Assembly (NCBI GenBank): GCA_963662715.1
Contig: OY759724.1
Location: forward strand, 3,030,001-3,062,000
Reading direction: 5' to 3'
Length of the DNA stretch: 32,000 nucleotides
DNA from: Candidatus Omnitrophota bacterium
Lineage (GTDB): Bacteria > Omnitrophota > Gorgyraeia > Zapsychrales > JANLHA01
The position numbers and the translations under genes were made by a program. Every line of letters begins with the position of its first letter. Positions within the stretch are counted from its first letter, which is position 1. A model generated the notes under the pieces. The model was not told the origin of the DNA. It saw nothing but the letters and a program-made list of their open reading frames with translations, and searched no databases. Shown piece by piece: positions 1 through 6,739 of the stretch.

Positions 1-321
1 GGGCCTATGACAGGGCGTGGTGCGGGTTATTGCGCCGGTTATTCTGTGCCAGGATTTATTAATCCAATTTCAGGTAGAGGTAGTGGATTTGGATTCGGAC
101 GCGGCTTTGGCAGAGGACGCGGCTTAGGTCGTGGTTTTGGCTGGCGCGGAGCTGGTTATCCTTATGCCTATGGGAGTCCTTATCCTGCGGTTCCTTATGC
201 GCCAGAAATGACCCCTCAACAAGAAACAGATATGTTGAAAGGTCAGGCTAAGGTTATGCAGGACGAAATTAATGCTATCAATGAACGTATAAAAGAATTA
301 GAGTCCAACTCAAAATCTTAA
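1..321 (+). CDS. DUF5320-like Gly/Arg-rich protein with C-terminal coiled coil (5' end cut by window edge)
   Basis: The frame is open to position 1 (GPMTGRGAGYCAGY...), so the true start is upstream. It has RG/GFG repeats, a P/Y-rich linker and a heptad-like tail (QAKVMQDEINAINERIKELES). This architecture matches my memory of DUF5320. Confidence 0.75.
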   Translation, partial: GPMTGRGAGYCAGYSVPGFINPISGRGSGFGFGRGFGRGRGLGRGFGWRGAGYPYAYGSPYPAVPYAPEMTPQQETDMLKGQAKVMQDEINAINERIKELESNSKS

Positions 322-341
322 ACAATACAGGAAAATGCAAG

Positions 342-393
342 ATAGGTGGAAATAGGCGAAAATGGTTTATTTCCACCTATAACCTCATTTTTT
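342..393 (+). terminator. Candidate intrinsic terminator after the DUF5320 gene
   Basis: Perfect 13-bp stem ATAGGTGGAAATA (342-354) / TATTTCCACCTAT (368-380) with a 13-nt loop. A TTTTTT run at 388-393 lies 7 nt from the stem, somewhat further than in a canonical terminator. Confidence 0.5.
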
Positions 394-538
394 ATGGAGA
401 ATAAAATTTAATAATAGTCTCCGATGGGGTATTTTTTAATTTTCGTTATTAATATAAGTATTTTGTAGCATATTTAACGAAATCAACAAATATATTTTGA
501 AATGTTTTGAACAAGTATCATTAATGGGGGAAATATAA

Positions 539-712
539 ATGGCAGTTAAAATCGATAATGATAAATGTACAGGATGCGGTGCTTGTGTCGATATCTGCGG
601 TGTTACTGCTATAACAATAGAAAGCAATAAGGCCGTTGTAAGTGAAGAATGTGTTGAGTGTGGCGCATGCATTAGTCAGTGTCCTAATGAAGCAATATCG
701 TTTTCAAATTAA
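539..712 (+). CDS. 2x[4Fe-4S] ferredoxin, 57 aa (not in ORF track)
   Basis: My translation is MAVKIDNDKCTGCGACVDICGVTAITIESNKAVVSEECVECGACISQCPNEAISFSN. It has two CxxCxxCxxxC(P) motifs, a GGGGG purine tract upstream of the ATG and a TAA stop at 710-712. The listed antisense ORF 436..672 is its shadow. Confidence 0.85.
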   Translation: MAVKIDNDKCTGCGACVDICGVTAITIESNKAVVSEECVECGACISQCPNEAISFSN

Positions 713-724
713 GGAGGTGTGCAT

Positions 725-1135
725 TTGAAAGTTGCTATTTCGACTGATAATAATTTCGTATCGGCTCATTTTGGTAGATGTCCGTCTTTTACGATCATTG
801 ACTTAGAAGATGGAAAAGTTGTGAAACAAGAAACTATTGATAATCCCGGTCATGAGCCAGGTTTAATCCCAAAACTTCTCAACGATAAAGGAGTCCAGTG
901 CATTATTGCCGGTGGTATGGGAATGCAAGCAACTGGCTTTTTTCAGAAATACGGCATCGAGACTGTCGTTGGTATACAAGGAATAATAAGTGACGTTGTC
1001 AAAAAATTGCAAGATGGAACATTGGAAGGCGCCGAAAGCCTTTGCAAACCAGGTGATGGAAAAGGCTATGGATTAGATAAAACAGTGTGTGATCACCCAC
1101 ATGAAGAGGGTTGTGAGCATGAAGGAGGTGAGTAA
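725..1135 (+). CDS. NifB/NifX-family (Nitro_FeMo-Co, PF02579-like) cluster-binding protein
   Basis: KVAISTDNNFVSAHFGRCPSFTIIDL...IIAGGMG is typical of this domain. The ORF track starts at GTG 719, only 1 nt after the GGAGG at 713-717. TTG 725 gives 7-nt spacing, so I prefer it. The Cys/His/Glu-rich C-terminal tail is notable. Confidence 0.8.
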   Translation: MKVAISTDNNFVSAHFGRCPSFTIIDLEDGKVVKQETIDNPGHEPGLIPKLLNDKGVQCIIAGGMGMQATGFFQKYGIETVVGIQGIISDVVKKLQDGTLEGAESLCKPGDGKGYGLDKTVCDHPHEEGCEHEGGE

Positions 1136-1503
1136 TGAAAATCTGCATAACATCTGAAGGAAATAATTTCGACTCAAAAGTAGATCAGCGTTTTGGAAGG
1201 TGCCAATATTTTATTTTTGTAGATACAGACACTTCTGAATTTGAGGCTGTTCAAAATCAAAATGTTGACGGTATGGGTGGTGTTGGCGTTCAATCCGGTC
1301 AGCTTATGGCCGAAAAGCAAACCAAAGTTATTATTACGGGGAAAGTCGGTCCTAATGCATCTCAGACTTTAGAATCAGCAGGCATTGAAATTATTCTTGA
1401 TGTTGATGGCACTGTTAAAGACGCGCTTGAACGCTTCAATAAGGGGGAACTTAAGGTTACTAAAGGACCAAATGCAGGTGAAAAAGCAGGGCTAAACAAT
1501 TGA
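1135..1503 (+). CDS. NifB/NifX-family (Nitro_FeMo-Co) cluster-binding protein, paralog 2
   Basis: MKICITSEGNNFDSKVDQRFGRCQYFIFVD...VIITGKVGPNA matches the family. Its ATG overlaps the upstream TAA by 1 nt (TAATG), suggesting translational coupling. Confidence 0.85.
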   Translation: MKICITSEGNNFDSKVDQRFGRCQYFIFVDTDTSEFEAVQNQNVDGMGGVGVQSGQLMAEKQTKVIITGKVGPNASQTLESAGIEIILDVDGTVKDALERFNKGELKVTKGPNAGEKAGLNN

Positions 1504-1518
1504 TGCCGTATTTAAACA

Positions 1519-1917
1519 ATGATAGAGAAAAAGATTTATTATCACGATACAGATGCCATTGGCATTGCTTATCACGCTTCTTATTTAAAAATTTTAGAAG
1601 AGGATAGAACTGAATTTTTTGAATCACAAGGAATTTCGGTTAAAGAGTTGCATAAAAGTGGCAAGCATTTTGTTATTAAAGATTTATATATTCGATATAA
1701 GCATCCTGCCAAATTTGGTGACGTAGTTGTTTGTGATTCGAGTATTAGAAAAATAACAGCAGCTCAAATTTTCTTTTCCCAAAAAATATTTAATAAAGCG
1801 AATAATGCCCTTCTTGTCGAAGCGGATATTATTTTAGTTATCGTCAATGAACAGTTGCATCCTGTGTTAATACCGGAAAATATAAATTCGTTATTATTAA
1901 ATGAAGTAATAACTTAA
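1519..1917 (+). CDS. Acyl-CoA thioesterase, YbgC/4HBT hot-dog family
   Basis: The N-terminal YYHDTDAIGIAYHASYLKILEEDRTEFF matches the catalytic Asp region of YbgC/FadM-type thioesterases. The length (132 aa) is typical. Confidence 0.8.
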   Translation: MIEKKIYYHDTDAIGIAYHASYLKILEEDRTEFFESQGISVKELHKSGKHFVIKDLYIRYKHPAKFGDVVVCDSSIRKITAAQIFFSQKIFNKANNALLVEADIILVIVNEQLHPVLIPENINSLLLNEVIT

Positions 1918-1931
1918 TCAGGAGGTGCAAA

Positions 1932-2111
1932 ATGCCAGGTGGTGATGGAAGAGGTCCAACAGGACAAGGTCGTGGTTTTGGCGGAGGGAACCCGGGGCCA
2001 GGGGGAGAATGTGTTTGCCCTAATTGCGGACAAAGGGTTCCGCATCAACAAGGAGTACCTTGTAATTCAGTAAACTGCCCAAAGTGTGGAAATAAGATGA
2101 CAAGAGGATAA
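1932..2111 (+). CDS. Gly/Arg-rich N-terminus fused to a 4-Cys zinc ribbon, 59 aa (not in ORF track)
   Basis: My translation is MPGGDGRGPTGQGRGFGGGNPGPGGECVCPNCGQRVPHQQGVPCNSVNCPKCGNKMTRG. GGAGG lies 6 nt upstream of the ATG, and the stop is TAA at 2109-2111. The N-terminal MPxGDGxGP...GRG motif resembles DUF5320 N-termini. Confidence 0.75.
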   Translation: MPGGDGRGPTGQGRGFGGGNPGPGGECVCPNCGQRVPHQQGVPCNSVNCPKCGNKMTRG

Positions 2112-2199
2112 TGGGGTTTCGGCATGTTGTAAGAATGCTGTAATCGTTTATCAATGGATATACCGTTGTCTATGATGTTTTCATATATATGGAAACATC

Positions 2200-2350
2200 T
2201 AAGGCATAGGTGATGCCTTAATTTAAGCGGGAATTCCCCGTCTGTGAAGGCGGGGATGTGAGCAAATCCAGCGACATTGCAGTCGCTGGACAAGCAACGC
2301 TTGAAATTATAGATTAAATTAAGTACCACGGCTGTGAAGCCGTGGGTATC
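2200..2350 (+). other. Cluster of four stable stem-loops in a 287-nt gap (candidate structured RNA or REP-like hairpins)
   Basis: Four stems are visible. TAAGGCAT/ATGCCTTA is at 2200-2220. CCCCGTCT-GTGA-AGGCGGGG is at 2236-2255. TCCAGCGAC-ATTGCA-GTCGCTGGA is at 2267-2290. CCACGGCT-GTGA-AGCCGTGG is at 2326-2345, followed by a T-rich stretch. Strand is inferred from the GNRA-type GUGA loops. Confidence 0.45.
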
Positions 2351-2398
2351 TATTTTAAAGAAAACTTAATTTTATTACGCATGGGAGAATATATTTAA

Positions 2399-3247
2399 AT
2401 GATTATATCAGTAGCGAGTGGTAAAGGAGGTACGGGAAAAACAATAGTTACGACAAGTTTGGCATTATCTATATCAAATGCCCAGATTCTTGATTGTGAT
2501 GTTGAAGAACCGAATTCTCATATTTTTATTCAGCCGAAAATTACAAATAAAGAGAAAATATATATTCCTGTCCCTCAGGTAAATGAATCTAAATGTAATT
2601 TTTGCGGGAAGTGTCAAGAAGTTTGTTTTTACAATGCCATTGCTGTTTTAAAAAATAAGGTTATGATTTTTCCGGAATTATGCCATGGATGCGGGTCCTG
2701 TAGTTATTTTTGTCCTCAGGCTGCGATTAAAGAGGTGAATAAAGAAATCGGTGTTGTTGAAATTGGCGAAAACAATGGCGTCCAGTTTGTTCATGGAAAA
2801 TTAAATATCGGCGAAGCAATGGCGCCCCCCCTTATCAGAGCTGTAAAAAATCATATTGACACAAACAAGGTGTCGATTATTGATGCCCCTCCAGGGACGT
2901 CCTGTCCTGTTATTGAATCTATAAAATTAAGTGATTTTTGTGTTTTGGTCACTGAGCCAACACCTTTTGGTTTAAATGATTTAAAGTTGGCCGTTGAGGT
3001 TATGCGGAAATTGAATATACCTTTTGGCGTTGTTGTTAATCGTTCTGATTTAGGTGACGATAAGACTGATTTATATTGCCAAGAGCAACATATTCCTATT
3101 TTAATGCGTATTCCTTTTGAGAAAAAAATAGCTGAAGCCTATTCGAAGGGAAAAACAATTGTAAAAGCTTTACCTGAATATCGAGAGCGCTTTCAACAAT
3201 TGTTTGAGGAAATCAAAAATATTCAACCTAAAAAAAATAATTTGTAA
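2399..3247 (+). CDS. MinD/ParA-superfamily P-loop ATPase with inserted 2x[4Fe-4S] ferredoxin domain (COG1149-type)
   Basis: It has a deviant Walker A (SGKGGTGKT). An inserted CNFCGKCQEVC...CHGCGSCSYFCP segment follows. The Walker B-like IIDAPPGTSCP is also present. Confidence 0.9.
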   Translation: MIISVASGKGGTGKTIVTTSLALSISNAQILDCDVEEPNSHIFIQPKITNKEKIYIPVPQVNESKCNFCGKCQEVCFYNAIAVLKNKVMIFPELCHGCGSCSYFCPQAAIKEVNKEIGVVEIGENNGVQFVHGKLNIGEAMAPPLIRAVKNHIDTNKVSIIDAPPGTSCPVIESIKLSDFCVLVTEPTPFGLNDLKLAVEVMRKLNIPFGVVVNRSDLGDDKTDLYCQEQHIPILMRIPFEKKIAEAYSKGKTIVKALPEYRERFQQLFEEIKNIQPKKNNL

Positions 3248-3261
3248 AGGATATCGTGGAA

Positions 3262-4122
3262 ATGAAACAAATTGTAGTTATAAGCGGGAAAGGCGGAACA
3301 GGAAAAACGGTTTTAACTGCCAGTCTTGCTGCTTTAGCCGATAAAAAAATTATGGCTGATTGCGATGTTGACGCGGCGGATTTGCATTTATTGCTTCAGC
3401 CTGATATTCAGCAACGGCAGGAATTTAAAAGCGGTTTTACAGCAAAAATTAATCAGGATAAATGTGTTCAATGTGGTAAATGTGGAGAAATTTGCAGGTT
3501 TAACGCTATTGCCGAAAATTTTGTCATTGATCCTGTTTCTTGTGAAGGATGCGGATTTTGTCATTTTGCCTGTCCTTCGCAGGCTATAACCATGGAAGAA
3601 AATCTTTCCGGGGAATGGTTTACATCGAACACACGTTTCGGCCCCATGGTTCATGCCAAGTTGGGCATTGCTGAAGAAAACTCAGGAAAGCTAGTCAGTT
3701 TAGTGCGAAAGAAAGCGAAAGAATTAGCGGAGAAAGAAAACAGTCAGTGGGTGATTATTGACGGATCCCCCGGGATCGGGTGTCCGGTTATCGCATCCTT
3801 ATCAGGGGTTGATTGCGCCGTTGTTGTTACTGAGCCGACTCTTTCAGGAATGCATGATGCTTTAAGAGTTATGGAAGTAGCTAAACATTTCAAAATATTA
3901 ACGAAAGTTATTATTAATAAATATGATTTAAATACGGAGATGTCTGAAAAAATAGTTGAGGCATGTAAAGATTTTGATGTTGAAGTGATCGGGAAAATAG
4001 GTTTCGATAAGTCTATTGTGAAGGCAATGGTACAGGGCAAGACCATAGTTGAAGCAGCGGATGAAAATATAAAAAAAAGAGTAACTGAAATTTGGGAAAA
4101 ATTAAGGCAAGGGTTGCAATAA
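3262..4122 (+). CDS. MinD/ParA-superfamily P-loop ATPase with inserted ferredoxin domain (COG1149-type), paralog 2
   Basis: It has SGKGGTGKT, CVQCGKCGEIC...CEGCGFCHFACP and IIDGSPGIGCP. The track start GTG 3256 is only 4 nt from AGGA, while ATG 3262 has better spacing and gives MKQIVVISGKGG, parallel to the paralog. Confidence 0.9.
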   Translation: MKQIVVISGKGGTGKTVLTASLAALADKKIMADCDVDAADLHLLLQPDIQQRQEFKSGFTAKINQDKCVQCGKCGEICRFNAIAENFVIDPVSCEGCGFCHFACPSQAITMEENLSGEWFTSNTRFGPMVHAKLGIAEENSGKLVSLVRKKAKELAEKENSQWVIIDGSPGIGCPVIASLSGVDCAVVVTEPTLSGMHDALRVMEVAKHFKILTKVIINKYDLNTEMSEKIVEACKDFDVEVIGKIGFDKSIVKAMVQGKTIVEAADENIKKRVTEIWEKLRQGLQ

Positions 4123-4145
4123 CATTTTTAAAACAGGAGTTAAAG

Positions 4146-4754
4146 ATGAACGATCTTCAATGGAAATTTTCAGACAAATTTAGAAGCCACTGGATAACAG
4201 TAAAATTTTATAAAGAAAAGCCTGATTTAAAAGAAGCCAGAAGGCCCAAAAATATAAGGTTTTGCGAAGCGACGAGAGAAGCGATGTTTGAACCTGTTCT
4301 TTTAAACAAAAAGGCTATCTCCTGTGCAGGAGCACAATATGCTTTTGGCTGGAAATTAAATGATAAAAATGATTTTCCTGGAGATTGTTATGATAAACGT
4401 CAAACGAAAAATAATATCATAAAATCCATAATCGAACAGACGCCTTATTTAAAGAAGCCTTTTGAATATATAGGATTAAATACCGACGATACCCCTGATC
4501 TTATTATGTCTTATATCCCCCCGGAAGAAATTATGAATTTAATGAAAATATATCAAAATCAAAAGGGAGAGAATATAGATGTCTCTTTTAGTACGATGAT
4601 GTCTATTTGTTCGGGTATAGCCGTTAAGACTTTTTTGGAAAATAAAATTAGTCTTTCTTTTGGCTGTGATGACTCTCGCAAATACGCCGATTTAAGACGA
4701 GAAAATATGGCCATCGGTATTCCAAAGACATTGTTTGATGTTTTTATTGATTGA
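4146..4754 (+). CDS. DUF169 (COG2043-like) protein
   Basis: IRFCEATREAMFEPVLLNKKAISCAGAQYAFGW resembles the conserved DUF169 core. ATG 4146 follows AGGAG. The track start TTG 4092 lies inside the upstream gene and is unlikely. Confidence 0.65.
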   Translation: MNDLQWKFSDKFRSHWITVKFYKEKPDLKEARRPKNIRFCEATREAMFEPVLLNKKAISCAGAQYAFGWKLNDKNDFPGDCYDKRQTKNNIIKSIIEQTPYLKKPFEYIGLNTDDTPDLIMSYIPPEEIMNLMKIYQNQKGENIDVSFSTMMSICSGIAVKTFLENKISLSFGCDDSRKYADLRRENMAIGIPKTLFDVFID

Positions 4755-4775
4755 GAAAAGAAAGGAAATATTTTT

Positions 4776-5132
4776 GTGGCGATTTTAAGGCAAATGTTAA
4801 AGTCAAAAATTCATGGAGCAGTAATTTCTAAAAAAGAATTGCATTATAACGGAAGCATTGGAATAGATAAAAGTTTTCTGAAAAAAGTTGATATGCTCCC
4901 GGGTGAAAAAGTGCAGGTTTTGAATTTTAATAATGGGCAGAGATTTGAAACATACATTATTGAAGAAAAAGAAAATTCAGAAATTATTGCTTTATATGGG
5001 CCTGCGGCGAGATTGGGAGAAATCGGTGACAAAATTTGTGTAATATCTTATGTTTTTTTAACGGATGATGAAACAGACAAATTCTCCCCCAAGGTCATCT
5101 TTATTAATGATAAAAACGAAATAAAGCAATGA
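4776..5132 (+). CDS. panD: Aspartate 1-decarboxylase (pyruvoyl-dependent)
   Basis: MLKSKIHGAVISKKELHYNGSIGID contains the HY-x-G|S self-cleavage site. The ...NGQRFETY...ALYGPAARLGEIGDKI region aligns with E. coli PanD as I remember it. Confidence 0.92.
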   Translation: MAILRQMLKSKIHGAVISKKELHYNGSIGIDKSFLKKVDMLPGEKVQVLNFNNGQRFETYIIEEKENSEIIALYGPAARLGEIGDKICVISYVFLTDDETDKFSPKVIFINDKNEIKQ

Positions 5133-5989
5133 AAACATATTTAGATTGTATCCCCTGTTTTATGAAAACAGCCCTTGAAATGGCAAGGCTTGTTGATGCT
5201 AACGAGATTACGCATAAAAAAATTCTTGATGAAGTCGCAGGGATGATTCCGGATTTTTCATTAGGGTCTTCACCTCCTGAGATGGCGCGCATGATACACA
5301 AAGTCATGGAAAGAAGATTTGGAAATAAAGATATCTATAGAACGATCAAAAAGGAAAGTAACCGAAAAGCGCTGGAATTATACCCAAGACTTAAGAAAAA
5401 AGTGAGTGAGTCAACAGATAAACTGTTAACGGCAATAGAAATTGCGATTACTGGAAATGTCATAGATTATGCGGCAATGAATGCTTTAAAAATAGATGAA
5501 GAGCTAGATAAATTATTTACCAATGAATTTTCGCATATTAACAAAACTATTTTTGATTATGGTCATTTTAAAGATGATTTAATGAAAGCTAAACATATTT
5601 TATATTTAGCTGATAATGCTGGTGAAATTCTTTTTGACAGGGTTTTAATAGAGGAACTTTCTGAAGATAAGGAAGTCATTCTCGCTGTCAGAGATAAACC
5701 GGTTATTAACGATGCTCTTATTGAGGACGCTATTGAATGCGGACTGGATCAAAGAGCAAAAGTTATGTCAAGCGGTGTTGATGCCCCGGGTACGGTTTTA
5801 AAATACTGTTCAAAAGAGTTCATAGAAATTTATAAAAATGCGGATTTGATTATCAGTAAGGGGCAGGGCAATTATAAGGCGTTAAGCCAGGAAAGGGAGA
5901 ATATATATTTTTTGTTTAGGGCAAAATGCCCGGTAATTGCCAGGCATACCGGAACAGAAGTGGGAGATATTGTTTTGCATAAAGGATGA
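5129..5989 (+). CDS. DUF89 / ARMT1-like damage-control phosphatase family protein
   Basis: It has the N-terminal YLDCIPCFMKTALEMARL and the C-terminal GQGNYKALS...FLFRAKCPVIA signatures of DUF89. Its ATG overlaps the panD stop (ATGA at 5129-5132). Confidence 0.8.
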   Translation: MKTYLDCIPCFMKTALEMARLVDANEITHKKILDEVAGMIPDFSLGSSPPEMARMIHKVMERRFGNKDIYRTIKKESNRKALELYPRLKKKVSESTDKLLTAIEIAITGNVIDYAAMNALKIDEELDKLFTNEFSHINKTIFDYGHFKDDLMKAKHILYLADNAGEILFDRVLIEELSEDKEVILAVRDKPVINDALIEDAIECGLDQRAKVMSSGVDAPGTVLKYCSKEFIEIYKNADLIISKGQGNYKALSQERENIYFLFRAKCPVIARHTGTEVGDIVLHKG

Positions 5990-6002
5990 GAAAGATTAAA
6001 TT

Positions 6003-6716
6003 ATGGAAATAAAAGTACTTTTTAACAGCGAGGCAATTAGCAAGAAATTTTCAACAGGGTGGGGATTATCCCTTTTGATTAATGAAAAGATTTTATTTGA
6101 TACCGGAGAAAAAGGTGATTTGTTGCTTAATAATATCAATAATTTTAAGGTTAACCTTAAAAAGATTAAATCTGTCGTGATATCTCACGATCACTGGGAT
6201 CACACAGGAGGGTTATGGAATGTTTTAAAGAAAAATCCTAAACTTGATGTTTTTGGGTGTCCCGGTTTTTCAGAAGAGTTTAAGCGAAAGGTATCAGAAT
6301 TATCAGCACATTTAATCGAAGCTGAACATTTTATGCGAATTAATACCGAAATCTATTCTACAGGAGAAATTGTTGGAACTTATAAAGACAAGAATATTGC
6401 GGAACAATCGTTGATCATTAAAACAAATAAAGGATTTTCAGTTATCACAGGTTGCGCTCATCCGGGAATAATAAATATTCTTAAGAAAATAAAATCGCAA
6501 TTAAGTATTGAAGAGTTTTATTCTGTCATTGGCGGATTTCATTTAAGAGATCACTCTGTCCAGGAAATTCAAACAATTGTTGATCAGTTCCTGAAGTTTA
6601 AAGTCAATAGAGTTGGGGCAACACATTGCAGCGGTGCAGATGCGGAGAAAATATTTCAAGAAGTTTACCGTGATAGATTTTATTCAATGAAAGTAGGTGA
6701 GAGTATAACCATTTAA
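6003..6716 (+). CDS. MBL-fold metallo-hydrolase (COG1237-like)
   Basis: It has the HxHxDH motif VISHDHWDHTGG, plus a later GCAHPG and GGFHL typical of this beta-lactamase-fold subgroup. Confidence 0.85.
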   Translation: MEIKVLFNSEAISKKFSTGWGLSLLINEKILFDTGEKGDLLLNNINNFKVNLKKIKSVVISHDHWDHTGGLWNVLKKNPKLDVFGCPGFSEEFKRKVSELSAHLIEAEHFMRINTEIYSTGEIVGTYKDKNIAEQSLIIKTNKGFSVITGCAHPGIINILKKIKSQLSIEEFYSVIGGFHLRDHSVQEIQTIVDQFLKFKVNRVGATHCSGADAEKIFQEVYRDRFYSMKVGESITI

Positions 6717-6739
6717 AGCAATAAAGGAGAAAGAGTTCA

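Noticed and set aside
497-525. Sigma70-like promoter TTGAAA-17-ATTAAT upstream of the ferredoxin gene
   Set aside because: The predicted start site would fall downstream of the purine-rich RBS (526-530), leaving an essentially leaderless transcript without its RBS. In AT-rich DNA such hexamer matches arise by chance.
436-672. 78-aa minus-strand ORF from the track
   Set aside because: It is antisense to a textbook 2x[4Fe-4S] ferredoxin CDS (539..712, +) that has an RBS. The minus-strand product is low-complexity with no motifs.
719-1503. Nitrogen-fixation (nif) locus
   Set aside because: Only stand-alone NifX/NifB-C-terminal-like domains are present, with no nifH, nifDK or nifEN, and no radical-SAM NifB core adjacent. 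Such proteins are common in non-diazotrophic anaerobes.
2045-2329. 94-aa minus-strand ORF spanning the hairpin-rich gap
   Set aside because: It overlaps the 3' end of the RGG zinc-ribbon CDS and runs through four palindromic stems, which generate ORFs on both strands. It has no RBS or recognisable motif and would be the only minus-strand gene in 32 kb.
3365-4046. Internal or antisense track ORFs inside the second COG1149 gene (3365..3589 +, 3388..3654 -, 3744..4046 -)
   Set aside because: They are fully nested in a CDS with strong motif support. The same reasoning applies to other nested track ORFs, including 4844..5032, 5104..5307, 7453..7731, 8119..8310, 12711..12911, 12946..13260, 20818..21036, 23759..23992 and 28846..29067.
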